In this document: positions 1 through 12,088 of the stretch, in pieces | How the letters are laid out: each line of letters begins with the position of its first letter | Numbering within the stretch: the stretch's first letter is position 1 | NCBI GenBank assembly: GCA_965637545.1 | Contig: OZ281500.1 | Coordinates: 7,316,001-7,380,000 of the forward strand | DNA from: Phallusia mammillata | Taxonomy: Eukaryota | Reading direction: 5' to 3' | DNA: 64,000 bases | Notes under the pieces: generated by a model | Seen by the model: only the letters and a program-made list of their open reading frames with translations | The model's database searches: none | What the model was told of the DNA's origin: nothing | Program-made: the position numbers and the translations under genes

Positions 1-90
1 GTATTTACTTTTTACTACGAAGCTGACATGTGCACCATACGAGGTAGGCAACGGCCATTGTGATTCAACTTTCGACGGACTTACCACTGA

Positions 91-231
91 GCCTGTGTGG
101 CGTGGCTCAATTGGTAGATTGCGAGTCCCGAAAAGATTCATGTGGATTTTTCTTGCCTTTACGCCTTTCCTTATGAGAATGCTTTTTGTCCGACTGATTG
201 GGTATAACGATTTCAATAGACCTGGTGTACT
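91..231 (+). mobile_element. Degraded tRNA-derived SINE (family A), box B deleted; in a CDC27 intron
   Basis: GCCTGTGTGG..GGCTCAATTGGTAG (box A-like) followed by a body colinear with the fuller copy at 8277-8520 (e.g. gactgattgggtataacgatttcaatagacctggtgtact vs ggctgattcggtatagcgccttcaatgggcctggcgtact). Confidence 0.7.
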
Positions 232-292
232 ATGAACCACGTTCGGATTAGGCTGGTTATGCAAAAATGTAAACGAAAGCTGTTTTCGACAG

Positions 293-1500
293 GAATCGTT
301 CAACATGCACAGAAGCGATCAACGACGGCATTAAACACCCTTGCTAATGCGTTGTCCCTGGAACCTCGCAATGCGCTGTGTAAATTTCACCGTGCAAGTA
401 TTTTATTCGCCACCGACCGCCACGAGGAGGCGCTAAAAGAACTGCTCCAATTGAAACTGATTGTGCCGAAAGAAAGCCTCGTCTATTTCCTACTGGGCAA
501 GGTGAGACCCATTGCTAAACAATAGTTCTATTCTGGAATTGCATCAAACGTTTGGGTATTTAGCGCTTAAGGTTTACTTGCATTGGCTGTAGGCTTAACA
601 AAACCTAGCTAAACGGAGTATTAAATATAAATTCACATTTGGGAATCAGTTTTGGATAGTTTTTGTAACATATAGTTAACTTTATTTAAAACCTTAAAAT
701 CGACTGTAGGCTCAACAAACATAGCTAAACGGAAGTTAAACTATTTAAACGCAGTACTAAACAAAAAGATTGTTCAGGTTTACAAGGTTTTGGGTGAAAA
801 CCATCTCGCTATGATGAACTTCTCATGGGCGCTTGACCTCGATCCAAAGGGAATCAACAATCATATTAAGGAGGCAATTGATAAACAACAGGCTGGTGAG
901 GACGGCAAAATGTTCGATGACGGTGGAGAAACTGACAACAACGGTAAGACTGTATGCATTGTGACAGGACTGCTGTGTAAATCCGAGGTAGCTCTGTTTG
1001 AATAGGATGAACAGCTTTTTGGATCGATTTCTGTTATTGGACGTCAGTATGGTACATGTAAAATGATTTTGGCACCGGAAAAAAATTGACCAGCGCTATT
1101 TTGTGTGGAATAAATTTGTTTTGCCTGCGGATTTAGATTTTTGTTAAACACTCTTATTTTAAACCGGAAATAATTAGTTAAATACATTTTCCCAACTTTT
1201 GGTTCGGAAATAAAATAAAAAATACAAATTTTCACGTCATTTTTCATGTTTAAGTTGGCCACTCTTGGTATAAAACGTTTAGGCTAATTATTGACAAATC
1301 GTGATGACGTCAATGACTTTTGATTTGCGTCACGTGACGTCATGTTGTACGTAAAAGGTACAGAACTCGATTAAAAACGATCAAGATTACAAACCGGTAT
1401 TTCCTTTTAATCAGAAGATTCCAACAACAGTTCGGGGGACTTAGCGACCGCTATGGTTGAGGACGAATCAACAGAACATGACAGCGACGAGAGTTTGTGA
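293..1500 (+). CDS. CDC27: Cell division cycle 27 / APC3, last three coding exons (293-501, 778-943, 1415-1500); gene starts upstream of window
   Basis: TPR sequence GIVQHA...CKFHRASILF...VPKESLVYFLLGK|VYKVLGENHLAMMNFSWALDLDPKG matches the CDC27 C-terminus; GT-AG junctions are phase-compatible; TGA at 1498-1500; AATAAA near 1645. Confidence 0.95.
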
Positions 1501-1904
1501 ATTCTACTCAGCAGTGATTCAGCATTACCTGTCTCCAGCCTTACGTCCCATGAGCCCGACCTACACGTCCGTCAGTGGCAGTAAAACATCTTGACCTCCT
1601 GCATTTATCGTATTGTGTTGTCTACATATACGCGCGCATGTATGAAATAAAATTACAAGTGTGCGACAATTGTTTTTACAACATTTTCTTGTTTTGGGAA
1701 TCCAGGGCATCTGCTCCCATTAGTATCATCTCCACAACTTGAATTAATTGACTTAACGACAATGACTAATTTAATTGATCAACCAACGCAACATCATATA
1801 ATCTGTTGTGCAATAAGGCAAACATAGAAAACAAACGTACACATTTAAAAAAAAATCGCTCGCTTTAAATTATGAGCAAAACAAATACGAGACATAAAAA
1901 AGCT

Positions 1905-4900
1905 CTATGACTCCTGTGGCGCGGATTGGGCGTTTTCTCGATTACGTTTTTCATGGAATTCACTGTGGCTAGAAACTTCGCTGATAGGAACCATACAACA
2001 ACATTCGTCACATTTGTAACACGGCCCTGCGTTTGCCACTGTCGAGTTCCAAATTGATTTCTTTACACTGGTGCTTCTAAAAACACAAAAATGCAAACAA
2101 ATTTAGACACAATTTTACTTTAAGGATAAATAATTTTCAAACTGAAGTTTGACTTGGCAGGTTCCGTATTCGGAAAACAAAAACCTCATGACCTGTTTGC
2201 TAAGTTATCAACGGAAACACATTTCACTACTGACGTACTAGTTGGGGCCTTTACAAAGAAAACAACTTGTGTTGTAATTAGCACTTTGAGTGAAAAGACG
2301 TTTTCACACATACGTGACTGTTCTCTGAAACGTTAAATCACCAAATCGGTTCTTTTTTGTGAAGCACTGAAACCGAATTAAATAACCGAATGTTCGGTCA
2401 TGGGACCAAATAAATCGGGCTGGGACCAAAACTCTCTTCTTTGCTTTGATTTTGTAACCTAATGCATTGATTGCATAAAATCAACAAGTTTATCGAAAAA
2501 AATCAACCAGTTGATCGTTGTAACCAGCACTTTCTACTTCGTACTCCGCACAGCCACGTAAAAGCCTTTACACTTACTTTTTGGCTGGAATAACTTTTGA
2601 TATTTTCCCGGTTCCCTGGTTGTGACTTTCCTGCAGTGCATTGCGGATGGCAGCAGAAGTTTGAGATCGGGCGCGAAAGAAACCAAGCGGAACCGATGTT
2701 GCGTCATAAACAGTATGAGCGTTCTTCTTTACTGTAACGATGATTGTCAAAAATCAAACAAAAAGCAGCATACATACTTCATTATTCCTTATCAATAAGT
2801 ATTTTCAACCAAATACCGAAAACTTCTGACGCATAAACCTCAATACCAACTTGGAAGAATTACAAATCTCTATTATTAGGCTTTGAAAGCTCATAATTTA
2901 TGTCAGTAGGTTGTAGTACACCAGTCCCATTAAAGGTGGGATTCTAACCCACGACAGGAGTCTTCGGGAATAGGTTTGAAAGTGTTTGCGCAAGTACCCC
3001 TTGTCTATCATTACCGACAGGAAATTGAATTATAGTAATTGACATGTAAGTTAAGTTGTAGACCTTTTTGGGCATTCAGTGGTGTTTTATGTAATATAGG
3101 CTACTGAATTCGTTTTCACAAACATGTCTTACCCCGTGTTTTTGTGCTTTGTACCCCCTGGTTAAAAACCGGTAGTACTAAAAAACGCATGTTATCACAA
3201 GGTAGGCCCAGTTTTTAATAGACATGAATCACCTTTTGCAAAAATTAAAATTTTGCGGCTTTTAAAAGCGCTGACGGTTAGAGATATACGGGCTTGAAAT
3301 TAAAATAACACTAGAATCTGGTCTAATTTACCCTGGTCGGGCCTTGTATTTTTGACATCCTGCACTTCATGCGGCATATTGTATGCCATGCGGTAATGGT
3401 ATTTAGTACCACAAGTTAAAAAACCCAGAGAAACAAATTCTGTCAAACCATTTTGAGGACGCTTCTTTTTGTTCTTTTCTTCAGGTTTGTTCTGATCCTT
3501 TGCCTTCTTGCTTTCTCTAGCAGCAAAGTTCACAGAAGAAGGTCGCAGAAATTTGGAAATCGAATTCTGTTTGTTTGGTGAATTGGGTGGTCGCTTCCTG
3601 TTACTTGTTGTTGTGGATGAATATCGATTTGACGACCCGGGACTGGTTCGTCTCGCAGATGATTGAATCTAAAGCAATTATGCCGCAATTTGCATTCCAT
3701 TTACCTGTGAGGCTTAAATGACGACCTTACATTTAAGATTTGACCTTGTTTATTGAAACATATTTCAATGGAATTTTTGAAGGACGGTTGTTACGTTTGA
3801 CTTGTTGAATCATTGCTTCAACAAGCTAAAGTTAGTTGAATGCTGAATTTTTGGCTAAAATTTGATTTCGCATTATTCTTGGCATGAGCAAATTTCGACC
3901 AAAACAATTTGACATTAGTTAATTCAAGAAACATATTTTCTCAACTTTTGGGTATAAAAACAAATACTTTAAAGTTGTCTTTATTTTTAATTTAAGTTTG
4001 ATGACAGACCCGTACACTATACAGTTAGTAGATGGAATATAATAGTGGTTCCTGTAAAGCAATTTTGGACAGGCTGAAAAAATCGTTCCGAAAAATAAAT
4101 ATATGGGCAAAGAGATCAATCTCACCTCTTGTTGCAAATGCAAGGGCAAAGAGTCAAAAACTTCTCGATCGATGTCTGACATAGCGTAGGAAAATCCCTA
4201 AAAAATCGATTGTTATCTTTTAGTATCAACAACGCAAACTGTAAAACAAATCAAAAACAAATACCAGAACTGAATTTTTTGGGGCATTATTTTCACAGGT
4301 CGTCGAGTCTGGATCATTGTGCAATGGTTTGTCATTGTTCGCATCTTTGGCAATGTCTTGCTTCAACGTCTCAACAGTACTTTCTACGTGAGAAAACACA
4401 CATAACGAAGAGCATGTTTTAGGAGTTTTTTGTTGAAAGTATAAAAGTGTTATGTCAGAGGTCCTCAAAGTAATGTTTAGGAGTCGAATCAGACCAGCCA
4501 AGGCCCAACAAACTATAAATTACAGTGTTTAACATACCAAAACCATATTTTTCACAAGCTATATTTATTCAACATTTTAGTTACATCCAAACATGGACAA
4601 CTAACCTTGTTTTTTTTAAAAAATTAGACTAAAATTGGAGCGCTTTTCAGGTTGTGCAAATTGTATTAAAATTACCCATTTCCCGAAAACACGACCTTTA
4701 CAGAGACTTAAAATTGAAATTATAACAAAACTAATCAATTTATCTTCTAAAATCTAAACAAATCGTTTTTTTCTTTTCATAAGCATAAAAAGAGATTTCT
4801 TTGCAAAAAATGTAGTGCGGTTTGGACAAACGAAATTCGTGTTAAATTGCATGCTAAAAATGCGTTTGGAACGGTTTTGGAGTACCTGTAAACTAGATTA

Positions 4901-7900
4901 TAACAAAATCGGAAGCTTATCCATTTTTTCTAAATCAGATTGGAAATTCCAGCATTTCGCTCTAATGTGTCGAATTAGAAAACCGCAATAACTTGTCTGG
5001 CTATTTGTGGAGGCCTACGCATGCAATAACAAACCGAACCCAAAACTAAAATGATTTTACCTTCCTTTTTAGGTGAGGCCGTATTAATCAGGGTATTTTT
5101 ATTTGTAGGCAGTGAGTTCATGTTGTTTCCTTTTGCGATATTTGGCTCTGGAGTCTTGCGTTCAGTAGAAGACGACTTGAGCCTGGAGAAGAATGAGGAC
5201 TTCGTTTGGGTTTTCAACAAGGGACTGGTCTTTGTGCCAACATTCAAAGACTTCTTTGGCGAAGAGGTGTGGCTTGGTTGGGATGTAGTGTCGATATTTT
5301 TCGTGTATTGGGCGCTGTTTGAGCTTGGTGTGTCTTGAGTTTTCAGTGTGGGAGCGCTTGCTTTTTGAATGAACGAGTCTATTGAATTGTTATTGACTTG
5401 GTTTTCCGTAGGACCACTGTCTATCGAAACAACACAAAACGTATATTACAAGGAACATTTATTAAATAAAGCTTGTTATGTGTACCCTCCGTAGCCGTTT
5501 GTACAGACGAAGGTTTCGTCGGTGATTTCTGTCTGCTTTGCGTTGACAACATCGAGGCAACATTCTTACTCCCATCTCCTTCAAAATGAAAAACAAAGCA
5601 ATTCAATTCCGTTTCTAACCAACGTGTAACGAGCTCACACAACCCACCTGAAATGCTTTTAAAACTCTTCGAAGAAATTCCGAGCATTGTAATTGGAGGC
5701 GTCCTATGCAAATTATATCATAGTTTTTCTTAAATAAATGCTCACAGTGTACACGGCTTCAAATAGTCATTAGACGGTCGTTCGGCTACGACACCGCGAT
5801 AGGCTTACTATTTGTCAATGGTATACGTTTAGCGACACAAATTTAATCAACGAACAGTTTCTTAAAAATATCTTTGCTAAAAATCGCTTACCAAGCTCCA
5901 GTATCGCGTTTTGCGTCATTAAGAAGTTCGAGCGTTGCCAGGCAACATGCTGTCACGTGATCGGCTTCGTACTTCTCGATACGGCAGGAGCGTGAGACTG
6001 CTCGGCGTCTACTGTGACCGACATGCAGCGTCAAGCCATAAGCGACTCGGTTGTTCTATAAAATCCGACCATAAACAACAAAACAAACGTACTAACAACA
6101 TACAAGATGTTTTCGGTGTGATATTTTGTGGAATTCCTCTGTATTTAAATAACTAAGTTGGCAATCTTTATGATTAAGGCACTAAGGCGATTTATGTGTT
6201 TGTCACATACACACACTACAGTTTCTAGTAAATACTGTAAAAAACACTTACTACAAAATATCCCTTCATAAGTTCAACAATTTGGGATGTGACACTTTCA
6301 ATTTATAAAATATGTTATAAATCCTAAGAACAATATCACATATACTAAATACCTTGAACTTGTCTTTATTAAGTCTTTCCACTAGTTCAGTGATGAGACA
6401 TTGAACCCAGTGCTTGACTTTCGCCCTTGTGTCCAGTGCATCAGAACCAGTAAAGTTTTTACTGCAACCCACAGACTGGGCTATGTGCCGCTCCTTCACT
6501 GGCTCATGATCGATACCATGACACACCTCGCTTAACCATGACCTTACACAAAATGATTTTGAAGGCAAATTAGGCAACAAGATTTAAATTTTTTTCTGAT
6601 ATGAAGCAGTTTGCTTGAATGAAAAACAGCTGAGATTATTTAAGTAGACATATGATTTAGAAACTGGCAGCTTACCCAGTTTTTGCTCCAAATGTGTTAA
6701 CAAGGTTTTCACTGGATATGTCAGCAACTTGGCCTATAAAGTCAACTTTAAAATTCATGGCGAGAGATGCACCAAGTTTTCCACCTAAGTTCCGTCTAGA
6801 AACAAGAACAACAGGATTTGTAACATATTTGTTTTTGCAATTAACACACTTTACCCACATTTTTCCAATTTTTACTTTTTGAAAGAGTTCTGGTACACCA
6901 TCCATGGGCAAAATTGTTTGCTTATTTGGCTTGTTGATGCCACAAGCTAATTTTGACAACATCTAAAAAACATTTACAATCATACAAAATTATGTTAAGG
7001 TCAAGCTTTTTATTTTGATAAAAACACTCCTTACTAATTTTACCTTGTTGTGAGAAATTCCTGCAGAACAGCGAAATGAAGTCTGTTGCCAAATTGCCTG
7101 CCGCATGTTTTCCACTATTGATGCAGCAAAACTTAACCGAGCTACATGCTTGTTGTTGCAGCTTGTAGACAAATATTGCTTCAAACCAATCAGTCTAGAA
7201 TCTAATTCAAAAACTTAAAAATTTTGTCTCGCACATTGCTTTCTACAAACACTTATTTCACAAAACAAAATAGTAGAGAATAATAGATAAAATATGTGTA
7301 TTACTGTAGTTATTTTTGTTTGCAATTTTTGCACCACTTGCCTTGATTTTCAGAATTGAATTCTTTTGGAAATCCAACAACATGTGTATTTTTCAGTTCT
7401 TCTACATCTGGCAAAAAGTCTTTTGAACTATAATAATCAAAGTTGCATTTTTTGAAACAATACAACCATCAATTTGCAACAAACTAATCAACAAAAAGAG
7501 TACACAGGCAAACAACTAGGGTCACCTTGTAATGCTATTAAACTTCTCATTGACAACATTGGTTAAGTCAATGTAAGCTTCATCAATACTGGCTCTCTCC
7601 ACAGTGCCACCAAACTGCAACAAAACGGAGATAACTTCAGCCCCAGCATCACGATACCTGCACATAAAACAACATTTGCTTTGTGTTAAGGTGGACACAT
7701 ATACTAATTAAAATAAGTTAAACCACATTAACCTTGTCAGATCTGCTTTTCCATTTGCAGTTGGAACTTGTAGGAGAACAATTTCTGGACATTTTTGTTT
7801 TGCATCATCACCTCGCATTTGCCTTGTGACGCCTTTAGCTCTAGCCTCATAACTTACAGCAATTATCCTGATGAAATATAAATTGACACTGTGTAATATG

Positions 7901-8687
7901 AAAAAACCTGCAGAAAAAAAACGCAACAATTTTAGCTCCCTTCTTTCTGAATAATTGGAACTAGTGATTTTTTTAATAGCAAATAGACACAGGCCCTGTT
8001 TTTAATGCTTGTTTCATTCATACATACATTTACCTTTAAATTTTTTTATGAAAAGATGTTGCACATGGACAATACGCAGGTTTGTGTGTTATACAATCAT
8101 TGCTAAAAGGCCACTAAACATTCTGTAACTTTTAACATTTGTAACAAAATATGAAATATTGTTCCATTGATATTTTTTTCTTCTCTCCACCTTTTCACGT
8201 ATCATAAATAACAAAAACGTTATTCGTGTACGCCACTAAGTATTCATAATAAACTCTTCTTTACTAAATTCCATTCAGCTCAGTTGGTAGAGCGCGAGTC
8301 CCGGAAAGACTCCTGTCGTGGGTTCGAATCCCACCGCAGGCTAGATTTTTCTAGCCTACGCCTTGCCATATGGTGGTGAATGCTTGGTGACCGGCTGATT
8401 CGGTATAGCGCCTTCAATGGGCCTGGCGTACTGTGATTTATATATGAGTGTGCCGTGATCGCTGGTCTGCATAGACGCTTCAGGGCTGATCCCAGTTATG
8501 AATTTATGAATTTATGTTCATCTTAAATTCCATTCATTATAATATTAACTTACCCTCCACCTTTCCACTTATTATACTGAACAACAGCGCTTGGTTTTCC
8601 CCGCACACTGGGTTGCCTCCGTTGCTCCACTTGCACATAAAAACAATCCATATCAATGAGTACAACAATACGATCGTCCGCTGCCAT
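1905..8687 (-). CDS. POLH: Y-family DNA polymerase eta; 16 coding exons: 8687-8554, 7867-7733, 7657-7526, 7427-7342, 7201-7044, 6962-6859, 6795-6676, 6542-6353, 6055-5892, 5703-5486, 5420-5061, 4383-4265, 4197-4126, 3668-3332, 2731-2578, 2076-1905
   Basis: DRIVVLIDMDCFYVQVEQ, IIAVSYEARAKGV, ERASIDEAYIDLT, CSAGISHNKMLSKLACGINKPNKQT, RNLGGKLG and GCSKNF motifs are characteristic of Pol eta; C-terminal UBZ CDECCCMVPISEVSSHSEFH; the 16 exon intervals listed all join in phase, one via a GC donor. Confidence 0.95.
8277..8520 (+). mobile_element. tRNA-derived SINE (family A) in POLH intron 1, antisense to the gene
   Basis: Box A AGCTCAGTTGGTAGAGC, hairpin GAGTC-CCGGAAA-GACTC, T arm GTGGG-TTCGAAT-CCCAC, about 170 bp body, tail of TTATGAAT repeats; second copy at 91-231. 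Confidence 0.85.
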
Positions 8688-8968
8688 CGTTTTCTTAAAT
8701 TTGGTTGCACATTAAATGTCAACAAATATTTTAATCCGTTTTTTTAGTTTTTGACATGTTCCCGCTGTAATGGGAAACCCCCAATTACAGGATTTCTATG
8801 TGCGAAAAATGCCTAAGCATAAAAAATATACACTTCGACTTCTAATTTTATAAAAACATTTCGAAAACTAATTTTAATTCAACGCAGAAACGTTACGTTA
8901 GTTCTGACATAATTGTACCATGTGAAAACAAAAAGTGGGGTAACCACGCACATAATAGCGTGTAATAA

Positions 8969-9146
8969 TTTAACAAATTTGTCGTTCAACTTGTGTAATG
9001 CTAAACAAAATACCTACCGTTCTGGTGGGCTAAACGTCAGCAAAAATGCAAGATCTTGAAACAACAACTAGTATTTTGTTTAGCATCACAACAGTTGAAC
9101 GACAAATTTGTTAAATATGCAACCTGGTGGACAAAACGCCTGTTCA
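8969..9146. repeat. Interspersed repeat (9018-9146, related to 40356-40493) with an approximately 45 bp inverted duplication (8969-9013 vs 9071-9115)
   Basis: tttaacaaatttgtcgttcaac...ctaaacaaaatac is reverse-complemented at 9071-9115; cgttctggtgggc(t/a)aaacgtcagc start and aaacgc(c/t)tgttca end are shared with 40356-40493. Confidence 0.7.
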
Positions 9147-12088
9147 GTATTTTCAGCGTGTAATGTTGTTAGCAGCGATTTAACCTACTGATCAATTTTA
9201 AACGAATCAACGGTTACCGAAACACGTTGAGACGGATCCAATTCATTGTGACTACACGTCAGCGACAACTTGCATGAAAAACGCAATGTCCTTCAAAAAT
9301 AACGGTGGCATGTTAAAATAATATTTGTGTGGAGTTACACATGGTGGAAAACATAAATGTGAAATCAAACATAGTTGAATAGTTGACATACAATTGAGGG
9401 TTTTAAGGTTTCGGAAAATAAAGTGTACAGTTGGCCTAGGTAGCTGGCAGTAGATTTTGGCACAAATATGGATCAAAGAATTTTGGCCACCCTGCCCCAC
9501 TTGGCTGTTTGTAACCAAAGCTGCTTTTAAGGGACCACGACGTGACTCGGGTGCCTGGTTTCTGACGTACTGTGGCTGCCCCTGGTTAGCGAGAGCAATC
9601 AATAGTCGAACAGGTGCAAAGTGAATAGCAAAAAAGCCAAAGCCAAGACAGGCACGAAGCGTTTTATTGTGATAAAAAATTCCTCGCTTTGGCAGGTAAA
9701 ATATTTAAGGTCTCTAGTGAAACTGATCATCTGTGCAAAGCTCTACGAAGAATGAACATTAGAGAACAAACAAACGATATGGCGATGGCAGTAAAGCGTG
9801 GCTGGGTAAGTGCAAACAAATCATGCTCTCCTTATCTTTGGACAATGTGAAACCTAACGATCATAGGGGAACGTGAGGTGAATATAGTGACCGAATATCG
9901 CTGTATACATGATCAATAGTGATAACAATGGCGATAAGCATATGTCATGCTCTGATACAAGAATCTTGATTGTGTAAAACGAGTTGCTTCGCGAGTTATT
10001 TTACTCCCAAAGTCCCAAGCACAGACAGACGGAAGCTATGATTTTCTGTTTTGTTTTCTTTCGGCATCCAGATGTGGGAATTTTGAACTTGCGGCAGTGT
10101 TTGTGTTCCGCACAGTGCAGCGGCTGTATAGGCATGCTATGATAGCCTTGTGCGATCAAATACAGACATGTTACATGTCTATACATGTCACATGTACGTT
10201 GTTATGCATTAATGAACTGAATTGTTTGTCTACAATGTCATTTTTTTGTAAATTGGTAATCTGTATCAGGTGGTTTCACTATTTACTTGTCGGCCTTTAC
10301 TGTATTGCTACCTTTTATGTTGGATTACTGCAACCCTAATGCACGAAATCGGTGCGCAACAAATCATGTTTGTAAGACCCCACTTTAATTAGGACCCATG
10401 CAGCTGGTAGCTAATGAACCGGCCTCCTCTGAGAAGTGCGATTGTTAAAATTAAAAAATCTGACATTTACAGCGCTCCAGCGCTCCAGCGCTCCAGCGGT
10501 ACAGCTGGAAGCGAAAAGCGAATTTGCAGATGACAGTTTAACTCCAGGTCGTACAGACCAGTTTTAGTTGCATTAGTTTCTTTAGTATATATTAGTTGTA
10601 AAAATCAACTTATTATTTATGTGTGGCAGTGCCAATGTCCATTTTTGTGATTTAATTCAAGTATACTTGAGGCAACTGTTGATAATAACCAGTTACAACT
10701 TATTTTAAATGTCAGGCCCTGCTTCATTCGTGTGGTCACACGCGGATTTAATTCAAAAGTTATTAATAAGGTGGACAATTATTTGATATTTAGTCAATAT
10801 TCCAAATCAATACAGTTCTGATGATATAGCTTTGGACTGACTCCTGTCAATCATAGGAATTGTCGAATCGAATGTGATTGTGACTTTGTGAATCGAGCTT
10901 TTTTCTCACAAGTTACGAAAGCCACGCATCATTGAACAGGTGTTCGCCAAGCTGTTTTGCAGGATGAGGAAGGCCAGTGGTCAGCTTTAACCTACGCAAT
11001 TTTGCTGAGAGGAGGATATTATAGGTCAGCGGTCAGCGCTGTAGAAATACCTGACCTGCTGCTTTGAAGAAGTTTTAATTACGACACGAGATAGGCGCTT
11101 CTTGACATTTTCTATTGCCTGAAGTTGAAGTGATTACAGCCCGTTATAGCTGGACAGAAAGTTAAAACATGTTGTAAAAAGTTATCGTTTTTGACTTTTC
11201 TTGAAGAACGTTTCTTATTTGAGGTAAGAAGTACAAGTTAGCTACGAATTTCAGGTGGCACGGATGAACGTTTGCCGGTGCCCCATTCACTACCATTTTT
11301 GAGTTTGTTTTCTTAGTCCTTTCGAAAGCTCTTGACAAATATAACTCACTTAGATCCATTGTGAACACATTTGAAGTTCCATTAAGGTTTGTCAGATGGC
11401 AAGTTGTTTTAATGGAATCTATTGTAATTTATGTTTTGAAAAACAGTATCGGCAGAATTGTTGCGTTTTTTATGATTATGTTAAAATACTGTCTAATTTT
11501 AAAAGAAGACCTGAGCCAAAAACGAAGGTGTGTGTATTTTTATACCACAGACAGCAAATACCATGACAATCATAATCTAGTGTCACTAGTTTAAACATGT
11601 AAATGACAATCTGTTTCGGTTTCAGACAGCCATATTTAAAAAGCGGAATACATACGGCGTTTGTTCGTTCACAACATAGCTCCTTTCTCTATTGTTGATA
11701 ATTTATTCATCAACGACGCACGTGAAATTCTCTCGGCAGTGTATTGGGATAGCGCTAATCAAATGGCAGACTAAATTGCTCAGAGAATGAAGCCTTCAGC
11801 ACGGTCCTTGCCAGTACCTTTCGGTTTGCCAATTATGTCAAGTGGTGGTCTATGAAGGATAGCAAGGAAGAGGCTGACAGTTAATAGACGATGGCTGCTG
11901 GAAAAGGATAGGGTCATAACTTAACTTACCTTAACTTTAACTTTTTTTACAGAGATTATGATGATTATGTAGCTTATATCTCTGTGTTAATCACACGGCA
12001 CTCGCTAGAGAATACAACCAACAGCCGTTGAATATAGCCGGGTGACATAAACGACTGACCGTTTTCTCTACAGAGAACGAACACCGTC

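Noticed and set aside
1300-1350. Clustered TGACGTCA (CRE-like) sites, also near 25540, 27470 and 42365
   Set aside because: A short palindrome recurring in introns, repeats and even coding sequence; no sequence-only evidence of function.
8277-8345. Functional tRNA-Ser(GGA) gene
   Set aside because: 5' acceptor strand missing, C instead of U33, followed by a SINE body and repeat tail.
1905-8687. Calling the polymerase POLI because of the UBM-like motif
   Set aside because: Catalytic, thumb and little-finger motifs and the UBZ are Pol eta-type.
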